Source: an uncultured Clostridia bacterium (lineage in GTDB: Bacteria; Bacillota; Clostridia; TANB77; CAG-508). Taken from it: DNA of 63,326 nucleotides. Where the stretch lies: contig CANPZY010000005.1 of NCBI GenBank assembly GCA_947588945.1, forward strand, positions 1 to 63,326, in the 5' to 3' direction. The position numbers and the translations under genes are program-made. Positions 31,240 through 40,688 of this stretch are shown here, in pieces (the first letter of the stretch is position 1; each line of letters begins with the position of its first letter). The notes below the pieces were generated by a model that was not told the DNA's origin, ran no database searches, and was given only the letters and a program-made list of their open reading frames with translations.

Positions 31240-31614
31240 ATGCCAATTATCGATTTTACACAGCCATTTTATTTAATTTCAGCGTTAGTATTATTTTTAT
31301 TATGTTTATATCTATCAAAAAATAACAAAACTAACACAGTAATTTGTATAACATTACTTTGCTTTGTAACATTATTGGTTAGCCATACTATAGAACTAGT
31401 AAATGCAGATATATCAGTAATTAATACATTAGCTATATGTATATTTATTGATGAAATATTTACTTTAGTTTCATTCTTATCATTCTTATGGCTAGATAGA
31501 ATAGAGATAGAAAATAAAAAGAAAGCTAAAACTTCTGGTAAAGGTAAGAAGGAAAAATTTGAAGACAAAGTAATCGAAGATGATGGACTTGACATTTTAT
31601 GGAAAAAAGTTTAA
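31240..31614 (+). CDS. small membrane protein (3 TM helices, Lys-rich tail)
   Basis: The ATG at 31240 is preceded by aaaggagga. The track start at 31201 lacks an RBS. Confidence 0.45.
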   Translation: MPIIDFTQPFYLISALVLFLLCLYLSKNNKTNTVICITLLCFVTLLVSHTIELVNADISVINTLAICIFIDEIFTLVSFLSFLWLDRIEIENKKKAKTSGKGKKEKFEDKVIEDDGLDILWKKV

Positions 31615-31689
31615 TTAATCTTCCTAAATATGTTTGATTTTAATAATATTTATAAAAAGCAAACAGCTTTGTTTAGTAAAAAATTATAA

Positions 31690-31732
31690 AAAGTGAAATG
31701 AATTAAGCGCTGTATTCATTTCACTTTTTTTA
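31690..31732 (+). terminator. Rho-independent terminator
   Basis: aagtgaaatgaat / attcatttcactt stem followed by tttttt. Confidence 0.75.
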
Positions 31733-31828
31733 AAATTATTCATTAATCGAAAAATATTTGATTAAGTAAAAATTTTAATGCAATTCTGTAAAGTTAATTT
31801 TTGGTTTCGACAAAATGCTAAAAAACGG

Positions 31829-31857
31829 TTGACATTACTAATAAAAAGGGCTATAAT
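31829..31857 (+). promoter_or_regulatory. sigma-A promoter (TTGACA-17-TATAAT) of the thrS leader
   Basis: Perfect consensus hexamers with a 17-nt spacer. Confidence 0.65.
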
Positions 31858-31864
31858 AAAAATT

Positions 31865-32113
31865 AGTTAAATCATTTTAACAAAGCTAATAGGAGAAAAG
31901 TAAAATAGAGGTTACTTAAAGAGAGAGTTAGTCATAGGCTGAAAGCTAACTTAAGAAAACATATTTGAAAAACTAACTTCTTATAGTGCTAGTGAATAAG
32001 CTAGACGCATAAGCTACGTTATAAGCTATAAATTAAGTAAAAAATCCGGGTGGAACCGTACTATATAGATAGTACCCCAGAGCATATTAAAAAATATGTT
32101 CTGGGATTTTTTT
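31865..32113 (+). promoter_or_regulatory. T-box riboswitch leader (threonine)
   Basis: AGAGA/GA motif near 31919. ACU triplets at 31972-31978 in the likely specifier region. T-box sequence aatccgggtggaaccgtac at 32043-32061. Terminator cccagagcatat / atatgttctggg plus a U-run at 32076-32113, competing with the antiterminator. Confidence 0.85.
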
Positions 32114-32150
32114 ATGTAAAAATCTCAGGAACATATAGAAAGGATTTATT

Positions 32151-34085
32151 ATGATAAAAGTAACTTTAAAAGATGGTTCTATAAAAGAAGTAGAACAAGG
32201 AGTAAGTATTATTGATTTAGCAAAATCTATAAGTGAAGGACTAGCAAGAGTAGCAACTTGTGCAAAATTAAATGGCAAAGTTGTTGATTTAAGAACTAAT
32301 TTAAATGAAGATTGCAATGTAGAAATTTTAACATTTGATTCTGATTTAGATGGAAAGAAGGCTTATTGGCATACAACATCGCATATTATGGCACAAGCTG
32401 TTAAAAGATTATTTCCAGATACTAAATTTGCAATTGGTCCATCAATAGATGAAGGATTTTACTATGATTTTGATGTAGAAAATAATTTTACAGATGAAGA
32501 CAAAGCAAATATAGAAGAAGAAATGAAAAAGATAATTAAAGAAGATTTACCGATTGAAAGATTTTCTCTTCCAAAAAAAGAAGCCCTAGAATTAATGAAA
32601 GATCAACCTTATAAGCAAGAATTAATAAATGATCTTCCAGAAGGTGAAGAAATATCTTTTTATAAACAAGGTGAATTTACTGACCTTTGTGCAGGTCCAC
32701 ATTTAATGAGCACAGGAAAAGTAAAAGCAGTTAAGCTTTTGTCTAATTCAGGTGCATATTGGAGAGGTGATGAACATAACAAAATGCTTCAGAGAATATA
32801 TGCAATTTCTTTTCCAAAAAATAGTGAATTAGAAGAATTTTTAAAACTTAGAGAAGAAGCAAAAGAAAGAGACCATAGAAAAATAGGAAAAGACCTAGAA
32901 TTATTTATGACTCATGAACTTGTTGGCTCAGGACTTCCACTATATTTACCAAATGGAGCTACAATTAGAAGGTTATTAGAAAGATATATTCAAGATAAAG
33001 AAATAGCTTTAGGATACAAACATGTTTATACTCCAAGTTTAGCTAATACTCAACTTTATAAAATTAGTGGACACTGGGATCATTACAAAGATGATATGTT
33101 TCCAATTATGAAAATGGACAATGAAGAATTGGTTTTAAGACCAATGAATTGTCCTCATCATATGCTAGTATATAAAAACAGCTTACATTCATATAAAGAC
33201 CTACCTTTAAGAATAGGTGAACTTGCACATGACTTTAGATATGAAAATAGTGGAGCAGTATGTGGACTAGAAAGAGTTAGAGAAATGTGCCAAAATGATG
33301 CCCATCTATTTGTAAGACCAGATCAAATAAAAGAAGAAGTAGGACGTGTTTTAAATTTAATAGTTGAAGTATATCAAAAAGATTTTGGATTTCCAGCATC
33401 AGCATTTTCTTATAGATTATCTTTAAGAGATAAAAAGAATAAAGAAAAATACATTGATAATGATAAAATGTGGGAGACAGCAGAAGAACAATTAAGACAA
33501 ATCTTAAAAGAACTTAATATTGACTTCTATGAAGCAGAAGGTGAAGCTGCATTCTATGGACCAAAAATTGATATTCAAATTAAGACAGCACTAAATCATG
33601 ATGTAACAATTCCAACATGCCAATTAGACTTTGCTTTACCAGAAAGATTTGATTTAACATTTATTGGTGAAGATGGTAAAGAACATAGACCTGTAGTTAT
33701 CCACAGAGCAATATTAGGATCATCAGATAGATTTATCTCATTCTTATTAGAAGAAACAAAAGGTGCTCTTCCAACATGGCTTGCTCCTGTACAAGTTAAA
33801 GTTCTTCCAATAACAGATAGACATCATGAATATGCTAATAAACTAGCTGATGAAATGAAAAAATTAGGAATAAGAGTTGAAGTTGATGATAGGTCAGAAA
33901 AAACCGGTTATAAGATTCGTGAAGCTCAACTTGCAAAAGTTCCATATATGCTAATAGTAGGAGACAAAGAAATTGAAGAAAATAAAGTTTCTGTAAGAGA
34001 TAGAAAACAAGGAGACTTAGGTGCTATAGATAAAGACGAATTTATAAAAAATTTAAAAGAAGAAATAGACGAATATAGAAAATAA
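32151..34085 (+). CDS. thrS: threonine--tRNA ligase (full length: TGS, editing, catalytic and anticodon-binding domains)
   Basis: MIKVTLKDGS TGS start. Zinc ligands are present in RPMNCPHH, QNDAHLF and VVIHRAILGS. Motif 3 is GSSDRFISFLLEE. Confidence 0.95.
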   Translation: MIKVTLKDGSIKEVEQGVSIIDLAKSISEGLARVATCAKLNGKVVDLRTNLNEDCNVEILTFDSDLDGKKAYWHTTSHIMAQAVKRLFPDTKFAIGPSIDEGFYYDFDVENNFTDEDKANIEEEMKKIIKEDLPIERFSLPKKEALELMKDQPYKQELINDLPEGEEISFYKQGEFTDLCAGPHLMSTGKVKAVKLLSNSGAYWRGDEHNKMLQRIYAISFPKNSELEEFLKLREEAKERDHRKIGKDLELFMTHELVGSGLPLYLPNGATIRRLLERYIQDKEIALGYKHVYTPSLANTQLYKISGHWDHYKDDMFPIMKMDNEELVLRPMNCPHHMLVYKNSLHSYKDLPLRIGELAHDFRYENSGAVCGLERVREMCQNDAHLFVRPDQIKEEVGRVLNLIVEVYQKDFGFPASAFSYRLSLRDKKNKEKYIDNDKMWETAEEQLRQILKELNIDFYEAEGEAAFYGPKIDIQIKTALNHDVTIPTCQLDFALPERFDLTFIGEDGKEHRPVVIHRAILGSSDRFISFLLEETKGALPTWLAPVQVKVLPITDRHHEYANKLADEMKKLGIRVEVDDRSEKTGYKIREAQLAKVPYMLIVGDKEIEENKVSVRDRKQGDLGAIDKDEFIKNLKEEIDEYRK

Positions 34086-34095
34086 TTTAAAGTCA

Positions 34096-34147
34096 AAAAT
34101 TCTCAGGGAAAAAGTTTAATTAGACTTGTACTTGGGAATTTTTTTTA
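34096..34147 (+). terminator. probable thrS terminator
   Basis: aaaattctcagg / cttgggaatttt, 12 bp including 2 G-U pairs, with a long loop, followed by a T8 run. Confidence 0.5.
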
Positions 34148-34185
34148 TTCACAAAAGTTATATTTTAGGAATATAAGTATGTGAG

Positions 34186-34341
34186 GTGAAAAAAATACCA
34201 ACACTTGGTTCTAACGCACCAATGGGTAGAGCAGGTCAGCCTTTTGAGATAGCCCCTTTATTTATATACTTAGCAAGTTCAGATTCATCTTATGTTACAG
34301 GTCAAGTAATGCATATTAATGGTGGAGAATATAAAGGATAA
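34186..34341 (+). pseudogene. remnant of the C-terminus of an SDR-family oxidoreductase
   Basis: Translates to ...PTLGSNAPMGRAGQPFEIAPLFIYLASSDSSYVTGQVMHINGGEYKG*, the conserved SDR C-terminal segment. There is no Rossmann N-terminus or catalytic YxxxK upstream. Confidence 0.7.
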
Positions 34342-34428
34342 AAGGATTTAAATTATAAAATAAATGCATATAAAAAATGTAAGAAATATAAATGATAAAT
34401 GCACATAAAAAAGAATATATTTTAAAAG

Positions 34429-34486
34429 AAAACAAGATACAATTTAGAGTTTGTACCTTGTTTTTTTTATATGTCAATGTTATAAT
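34429..34486 (+). promoter_or_regulatory. terminator hairpin (34429-34468) followed by an extended -10 promoter (tgttataat, 34478-34486)
   Basis: aaaacaagatac / gtaccttgtttt stem plus T8, then TTGTTT-17-TATAAT with a TG extension. Confidence 0.45.
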
Positions 34487-34573
34487 GAGTACGAAAGTTT
34501 GAACGAAAGAAAGGAGAATTCGTATATAAATTAGTACATTGCAATAAAAACAATTATACGAGAATTTTAAAAA

Positions 34574-35773
34574 TTGAAAGTATCCGAAATTAATAAATTA
34601 GGGAAAGAATTAGAATTATATACTTATGTTGATTATATAGGTAAAGGCTTTCCAATTATTTTACCTAATGGAGCAAAAGTAATTAATATAATTAGAAACT
34701 ATGTTGAGAAAGAAGAAGAAAAAAATGGTTTTGAAATAGTTAGAACTCCAAATGTATCAAAAGCAGAGCTTTATCTTATACAAGATAGATATGAACAAGA
34801 AAAAGAAGAGATGTTTATAATAAAATCAAATGATGGAGAAGAAGAAGAAAAAGAAGAAAACGCTATTGTTCTAAGACCATATGTAGAACCTTTTCATTGT
34901 ACCATTTATAAGACAAAGCCAAGAAGTTATAAATCTTTTCCAATAAAATATTGTGAAACAAGTTCTGTTTATAGAGATGAAAAAGATATAAAAGGAATTA
35001 GTAGGACCAGACAGCTTACACTATCTGATGCAAGCATTTTCACAACAAATGAATCTTTAGAAAAAGAATTAATACAAGTTTTAGAAATGCAGAGAAATTT
35101 TATAAAAAGATTAGGGTTGGATGTAAAGTTTTGTATTTCAACTTGGGATGATAGAAAAAAAGATGAATATATAGGAACTATTGAAGAATGGGATACAACT
35201 ACAAAAGCTATGAAAAATGCATTAGATAATTTAAAAATCCCTTATGAAATAGATAAAAAAGCAAAAATGTATGGACCATTAATTCAAATTTATTATAAAG
35301 ATGAAGAGTTTGCAAGTTTGCAAATAGATTTTGAAATAGTACATAGATTTGATTTAACTTATGCAAATAAAGAAAATAAGAGTGATTTTCCAATTTATAT
35401 GCATATAACTTGTGTTGGAAGTTATGAGAATTTGTTAAGTATTCTTATAGAAAAATATAAAGGAGAATTTCCTTTATGGATAGCACCTCTGCAAGTTTCA
35501 ATTATTCCTGAAGGAGAAGAATATGAGGACTATTTAAATGAGATTGAAGCTAAACTTCTAGAAAATAGGATAAGAGCAAAAATTGATAATTCAGATACAA
35601 ATGTGCAAAATAAAGAATACAAAGCAATAGATTTAAAAATACCATACATAGTTACAGTTGGCAAAGATGAGCTAACTAATAGAAAAATAAAAGTAAGAGC
35701 TAAAAATTATAACAAGATAATGGAATTAGATGACTTAATTAAGGAGGTACTAAGTTGTCAAGCGAAGTATTAG
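34574..35773 (+). CDS. truncated ThrRS-like paralog (class II catalytic core plus anticodon-binding domain only) with a degenerate active site
   Basis: Aligns to thrS from the RDHRKIGKDLELF position onward (EINKLGKELELY). NCPHH reads VEPFH (Cys lost). DAHLF reads DASIF (His lost). GSSDRF reads GSYENL (motif-3 Arg lost). TTG start with a weak RBS. Confidence 0.7.
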   Translation: MKVSEINKLGKELELYTYVDYIGKGFPIILPNGAKVINIIRNYVEKEEEKNGFEIVRTPNVSKAELYLIQDRYEQEKEEMFIIKSNDGEEEEKEENAIVLRPYVEPFHCTIYKTKPRSYKSFPIKYCETSSVYRDEKDIKGISRTRQLTLSDASIFTTNESLEKELIQVLEMQRNFIKRLGLDVKFCISTWDDRKKDEYIGTIEEWDTTTKAMKNALDNLKIPYEIDKKAKMYGPLIQIYYKDEEFASLQIDFEIVHRFDLTYANKENKSDFPIYMHITCVGSYENLLSILIEKYKGEFPLWIAPLQVSIIPEGEEYEDYLNEIEAKLLENRIRAKIDNSDTNVQNKEYKAIDLKIPYIVTVGKDELTNRKIKVRAKNYNKIMELDDLIKEVLSCQAKY

Positions 35774-37935
35774 AATATATAGGTTTAGATTTAAACGAAG
35801 AAAATAAAAATTTAGAAAATAGTAAACCTGAATTTAATATTACTAAATCGTATGATAATAATATGCTTTATAAAGTGTATAGATATGTACCAATTAAAGA
35901 TATTGATATTTTAATTAGTTACACTGATAGAACAACAGATATAAAGGAAAGATACACAACTGCTAAGTCAATTAATGAATTTATAAAAGAAAATAGAGAG
36001 CAGTTTGAAGAAGTATTGAGTTATGCAAAAATAAAAGATATAGAAGAAATTGAAAATATGCAAAAAGAGTTTGAAAAGCATATTCCATATTTTATAAAAT
36101 TTGAAAAAAATTATTTATGGCAGATATATTATTCAAAGGAAAGCAATAGATATTTTATGCTTTTTCCAGCAAGAGATAGAGAAACATCAGTACTTTTTTA
36201 TTTAATAAAAAAGAAAATAGAAAATTCAGATGAAAAAATATATGTACCAATTTGTAAAGAAGATTGTTCAGAAGATTTATTAAAAAGAGAGCAGTTAACT
36301 GATATTGAAAATTATATATGGCTGTTTACAAAAACATGGCCTAAAATTTATGAAGTAAATTTAGATCAAAGTAATATATTATATGTAACTGGTGAAACGA
36401 AGATAAAGGAAGGATTTACAAGCAAATATATAATTAAAATAGATTCTAAGGATAGTGCCGAAATAGAGTATACTTTATTAAAAGCTCTATTTATATTAAA
36501 CACAGAAGCTAATTATAAATTTATTCCTGTGATTGATGATTTAGGAAGACTAAGATTTGAATATGATAATGAAATTATACAAATGGAAAATTTGAGTAGT
36601 TTTATTGAAAATCAAGTAAAAGTTATTATAGAGAAAATTAAGAAATGTACAAAAGATTTTAAACATGGTGATGAAAAATTAAAAAACATAAATGCTGAAA
36701 TAGATAATTTAAATGAAATATATAGAAATCAAGAAAAACAAATTGTACTATTTCTGGATTGTAAAAAAAGTTTTTTTAAAAGGCTTAAATTTTTCTTAAA
36801 AAAGCCAGATAAATCATTAAAAATTAATGAAGTAAAACTAAAAATGAATAAAGTGAAAATATCTGATAAACAAGAAGAGATAGATGATGATGAAATTTTA
36901 GAAGATAATGAAATAATAGAAAACGTTGATATTTATAATATAACAGGAAATTATAATTTATCAGATTTAATTAAAGTTTACAGAAAATATTTAGAAGTAG
37001 AGAAAAAATTAAAAAATATAAACGCCGATATTAAAGCATTAGAAAATAAGCTAAAATATTTAAGCAAAAAAGTTGATAATGCTAAAAAGTATTTGGATGA
37101 AATTGATGAACATAAAAAGAGTATCTTTGAATTTTGGAAATTTACTAAAAAAGATGAAGACTTAAAGCTTAATGAAGGGGAAGAAAATGCCGTTGAAGAT
37201 AGCATAAAAATTGAATTTGATGTAGATGAGGATATGCAAGCATTTGCTAATAAGGTTGATAGTTTACAAAAACAAAAATTAAGCATTGATGAATGTAATA
37301 GCATATTTGCATGCAATTATGTATTAGGTTCGATTAATAGTATTATGATTGGAGAAAATGAAGAAGATATAATTAAAGAAGATTTAGACAAGTTAAAAAA
37401 TAATTATAGAGAAGATAAAACATTTGAAATATTTGGTGATTTAGATGATGATTATACAAAAATAAGAAATTTAAATAATAAAAAACATAGAGAAAATAAA
37501 AAAAATATATATTCAATATTAAGAGTAAATGATAAAACTACTTATGAAGAATTTAAAAATTCAATTGAAAATGTAGTAAGATTATTAAATGAGGCATATA
37601 AAAAGATAACAGCAATAACAGATTTTTCAGTTTATTTTAATAAAAATAATAATGGATATACTAAGGCGGAGATTAATCCTAAAAACTTAAAATATGATGA
37701 AAGCAATATTATATATAAATATAATGTAGCAAAAGATTCAAATATTTTATATTTTAGTAATATTACATATTATGATAATTATAATAAGACTTTACCTAGT
37801 GGAATGGATGAATCAACAGAAGTATTAATTAAGCTTAAGGAAAAGGAAAACTATAAAGAAAATGAAATAAATATTTTAGAAGAAGAAAATTTATATACTG
37901 CTAAAATTAAAAAGATTAAGGTGATAGATTTTTAA
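35755..37935 (+). CDS. unknown 726-aa protein with a central Lys/Glu-rich coiled coil, translationally coupled to the ThrRS-like gene
   Basis: TTG start 7 nt after aaggagg. Overlaps the upstream ORF by 19 nt. No family recognised. Confidence 0.6.
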   Translation: MSSEVLEYIGLDLNEENKNLENSKPEFNITKSYDNNMLYKVYRYVPIKDIDILISYTDRTTDIKERYTTAKSINEFIKENREQFEEVLSYAKIKDIEEIENMQKEFEKHIPYFIKFEKNYLWQIYYSKESNRYFMLFPARDRETSVLFYLIKKKIENSDEKIYVPICKEDCSEDLLKREQLTDIENYIWLFTKTWPKIYEVNLDQSNILYVTGETKIKEGFTSKYIIKIDSKDSAEIEYTLLKALFILNTEANYKFIPVIDDLGRLRFEYDNEIIQMENLSSFIENQVKVIIEKIKKCTKDFKHGDEKLKNINAEIDNLNEIYRNQEKQIVLFLDCKKSFFKRLKFFLKKPDKSLKINEVKLKMNKVKISDKQEEIDDDEILEDNEIIENVDIYNITGNYNLSDLIKVYRKYLEVEKKLKNINADIKALENKLKYLSKKVDNAKKYLDEIDEHKKSIFEFWKFTKKDEDLKLNEGEENAVEDSIKIEFDVDEDMQAFANKVDSLQKQKLSIDECNSIFACNYVLGSINSIMIGENEEDIIKEDLDKLKNNYREDKTFEIFGDLDDDYTKIRNLNNKKHRENKKNIYSILRVNDKTTYEEFKNSIENVVRLLNEAYKKITAITDFSVYFNKNNNGYTKAEINPKNLKYDESNIIYKYNVAKDSNILYFSNITYYDNYNKTLPSGMDESTEVLIKLKEKENYKENEINILEEENLYTAKIKKIKVIDF

Positions 37936-38000
37936 TTGACAGAATATTTTATTATAAATATAATATATAAAAATATAGGAGGATATACATATTAAAAATA

Positions 38001-38519
38001 TTGTATAAAAGATATATGATAAAACCAGATGCCTATTTTGAAAAAATTACAGATATAACAATAAGTTTTTTTGAAGAAAAAAATATAAAGGCTGTAATCT
38101 TAGATGTGGATAATACACTAATGGATTTAGATAGAAAATTACTTAATAATATAGAAGAGTGGATTGAAAATCTAAAAAAAGCAAATATAAAAATTTGCAT
38201 AGCTTCTAATAGTATAAAAAAAGAAAAGATAAAACAAATTGCAGACAAAATTAAAGTACCATATGTATTTTTTTCAATAAAACCTTTCAAAAGAGGTTTA
38301 AAAAAAGCAATAAAAATTTTGCAAGAAGAAAAAGAAAATATTGCAGAAATTGGGGATCAATATTTTACTGATGTAATTGGATCTAAAAGAATGAAATTAT
38401 ATTCAATACTTACAAAGCCGATTTCTGGAGAAAAAACAAAGCTTGGTGAAATTAAAAGAAAGATTGAAAAGAAAGTATTAAAAAAATTAAATATAGAGAA
38501 TTTGTTATCTACAAAATAG
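38001..38519 (+). CDS. yqeG: YqeG-family HAD-IIIA phosphatase
   Basis: AVILDVDNTL ... CIASNS ... GDQYFTDV. The start is uncertain (TTG at 38001 or ATG at 38016). Confidence 0.75.
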   Translation: MYKRYMIKPDAYFEKITDITISFFEEKNIKAVILDVDNTLMDLDRKLLNNIEEWIENLKKANIKICIASNSIKKEKIKQIADKIKVPYVFFSIKPFKRGLKKAIKILQEEKENIAEIGDQYFTDVIGSKRMKLYSILTKPISGEKTKLGEIKRKIEKKVLKKLNIENLLSTK

Positions 38520-38558
38520 TTAATTTATTTAATGAGAAAAGATAATTAGGAGGAAAAA

Positions 38559-39293
38559 ATGTATTTAAATGATATTCATATATTATATTATTTTTTTATA
38601 GGGCTTCTAGGATTTGCAGTAGGACAAGTAATGAATTGGGTTAATATTAGATTAGAAGACCATGAAAAAGTGTTTGGCAAGGAATTTTTTAAAAATTATA
38701 TTCCACATATGAAAATTAATTGTAGTTTAATTTTTTCAACAGCAATAATCTATATAGTATTGTTATATATTTATGGATGGCAAATAAAACTAATTGAATA
38801 TTTAATACTTACTCCATTAATTATATCTGCTTTTGTGATAGATTATAGAAAGCAGATAATACCAAATAGATTAACATTAACTATATTAGAAGTTGGAATT
38901 ATATTTACATTTATTTTAGGATTATCAAATATTAATGATTTGTTAAATGGACTATTAGGATTAATTACAGGTGGTGGAATATTCTTAATAATAACATTAA
39001 TTGGTGGACTTATAGCAGGAAAAGAAGCAATGGGCTTTGGTGATGTAAAGCTTATGGGTGCATTAGGATTAATGTTTGGATTTACTAACATAATATTGAT
39101 TGCAGTACTATCTTTTTTAATAGGGGCAATAATTAGTATAATATTATTATTAACAAAAAAGAAAAAAACAAACGAATACATACCATTTGGACCATTTATT
39201 GTTATAGGAACTTTTATAGTAATGTTAGTTCCACATAATTGGCTATTATTTATATTGTTAAAGATATTTACATTAGGAATGTTTAAAGTATAA
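38559..39293 (+). CDS. type IV prepilin peptidase (A24 family), lacking the N-terminal methyltransferase/zinc domain
   Basis: Polytopic membrane protein with IPNRLTL and the aspartyl motif GFGDVKLMGALGLMFG. Confidence 0.8.
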   Translation: MYLNDIHILYYFFIGLLGFAVGQVMNWVNIRLEDHEKVFGKEFFKNYIPHMKINCSLIFSTAIIYIVLLYIYGWQIKLIEYLILTPLIISAFVIDYRKQIIPNRLTLTILEVGIIFTFILGLSNINDLLNGLLGLITGGGIFLIITLIGGLIAGKEAMGFGDVKLMGALGLMFGFTNIILIAVLSFLIGAIISIILLLTKKKKTNEYIPFGPFIVIGTFIVMLVPHNWLLFILLKIFTLGMFKV

Positions 39294-39362
39294 TTGAAAT
39301 AAAAGTGACTATTATTAGAGTAATAAATAAAATATAAAATATTAAAAGTAAAGGAAAAATGT

Positions 39363-40424
39363 ATGAATAGTAGGATTATTGCAATAAGAGAAAAGATGAA
39401 ATCTTATGGAATTGATGGATTAATTGTAACTAATCAAAATAATATTAGATATTTAATTGATGTTGAAGCAGAAGGAACTTTACTTTTGACAAGCAAGGAA
39501 AATATTTTTATAACAGACGCAAGATATATAGAAAGCGTAAATAACATAATTACAATTGAAGATGAAATAATTGTACTAGATATAATAAATGTTTCAGAGA
39601 GTGACTTAATTAGTTTTTTTGCAGATTGTGAAAAAGTAGGAATAGAAGAAGATAATATATCTTATTCTAAATATAAAAATTTTGTAAGAATGTTTAGATT
39701 AAGAGATGCAGTAGAAACAAATGGATTAATTGAAAAAGAAAGAATAATAAAAGATAAATATGAAATAGAAAAAATTAGAAAAGCCTGTGAGATAACAGAC
39801 AGTTGCTATAAACATTTGTTAAATTATATAAAAGTAGGAATGACAGAAAAAGAGATAGCATTTGAAATAGAAAGATTTTTTCTAGAAAATGGTGCAGATG
39901 GATTAGCATTTCCAAGTATTGTTGCAAGTGGAGAAAATTCTTCAAAACCACATAGTGTTCCAAGTGCAAGAAAAATTGCAAGAGGAGATAGTATAGTTAT
40001 TGATTTTGGCGCAAAATATAAAGGTTATTGTAGCGATATGACTAGAACAATATTTGTTGGCGAAGTAAGTGATGAAATAAAAGAATTATATAATTTTATA
40101 TTAAATTGCCAAAAGAGAGCAACAAATAAAATGAAAAACAACGCCGATGCTCATGAAATAACAGAAAGTGTAGAAAAAGAATTTAACGCAAGAAGTTATA
40201 GCTTAATACACGCATTAGGTCATGGCGTCGGACTAGAAGTACATGAGCTTCCATTTTTAAGTATAAAAAGAGAAAGTGTTTTAAAAGAAAATATGGTGGT
40301 TGCTAATGAACCTGGAATTTATATACCGGGAAAAATAGGGATTAGAATTGAGGATACAATTTTAATTAATGTAATGACTTCGGAAGAGCTTACTAAATCT
40401 GATAAAAATTTGACTATAATATAA
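39363..40424 (+). CDS. M24-family Xaa-Pro aminopeptidase
   Basis: Creatinase-like N-domain plus the pita-bread metal ligands VIDFGAKYKGYCSDMTRT, HALGHGVGLEVHE, NEPGIY and IRIEDT. Confidence 0.85.
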   Translation: MNSRIIAIREKMKSYGIDGLIVTNQNNIRYLIDVEAEGTLLLTSKENIFITDARYIESVNNIITIEDEIIVLDIINVSESDLISFFADCEKVGIEEDNISYSKYKNFVRMFRLRDAVETNGLIEKERIIKDKYEIEKIRKACEITDSCYKHLLNYIKVGMTEKEIAFEIERFFLENGADGLAFPSIVASGENSSKPHSVPSARKIARGDSIVIDFGAKYKGYCSDMTRTIFVGEVSDEIKELYNFILNCQKRATNKMKNNADAHEITESVEKEFNARSYSLIHALGHGVGLEVHELPFLSIKRESVLKENMVVANEPGIYIPGKIGIRIEDTILINVMTSEELTKSDKNLTII

Positions 40425-40433
40425 TTTATTATT

Positions 40434-40557
40434 AAAAATGAAAATATTATAATTTCTCGTATCTTGTTGTCGCTAGAAAGTGATAAATCACTTTCGCTCC
40501 ATTCGCGCTTCGCTTGAGCGCTACGCGATACTTCGAAATTATAATATTTTCATTTTT
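40434..40557 (+). repeat. composite hairpin element, copy B
   Basis: aaaaatgaaaatattataattt (40434-40455) is the exact reverse complement of 40536-40557. The core at 40459-40531 is homologous to 17461-17542. Confidence 0.8.
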
Positions 40558-40688
40558 TTTAAATAATATATAAAATTCTCATTTTTTAATATTTTTCAAA
40601 ATACTACTTGAAAAACTATTATTTTATTGATATTATGATAATGTAACAAATTTTGCGTTATAACAAAATAAAAAAAGGAAGACAAATA

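Noticed and set aside
32087-32317. 76-aa minus-strand ORF across the thrS start.
   Set aside because: It overlaps the T-box terminator and the thrS 5' end and has no independent support.
34342-34573. A second T-box or other riboswitch upstream of the ThrRS-like gene.
   Set aside because: There is no T-box sequence (GGGTGGNACC) and no antiterminator/terminator pair between the promoter at 34458-34486 and the TTG start. The only hairpin (34429-34468) precedes the promoter.
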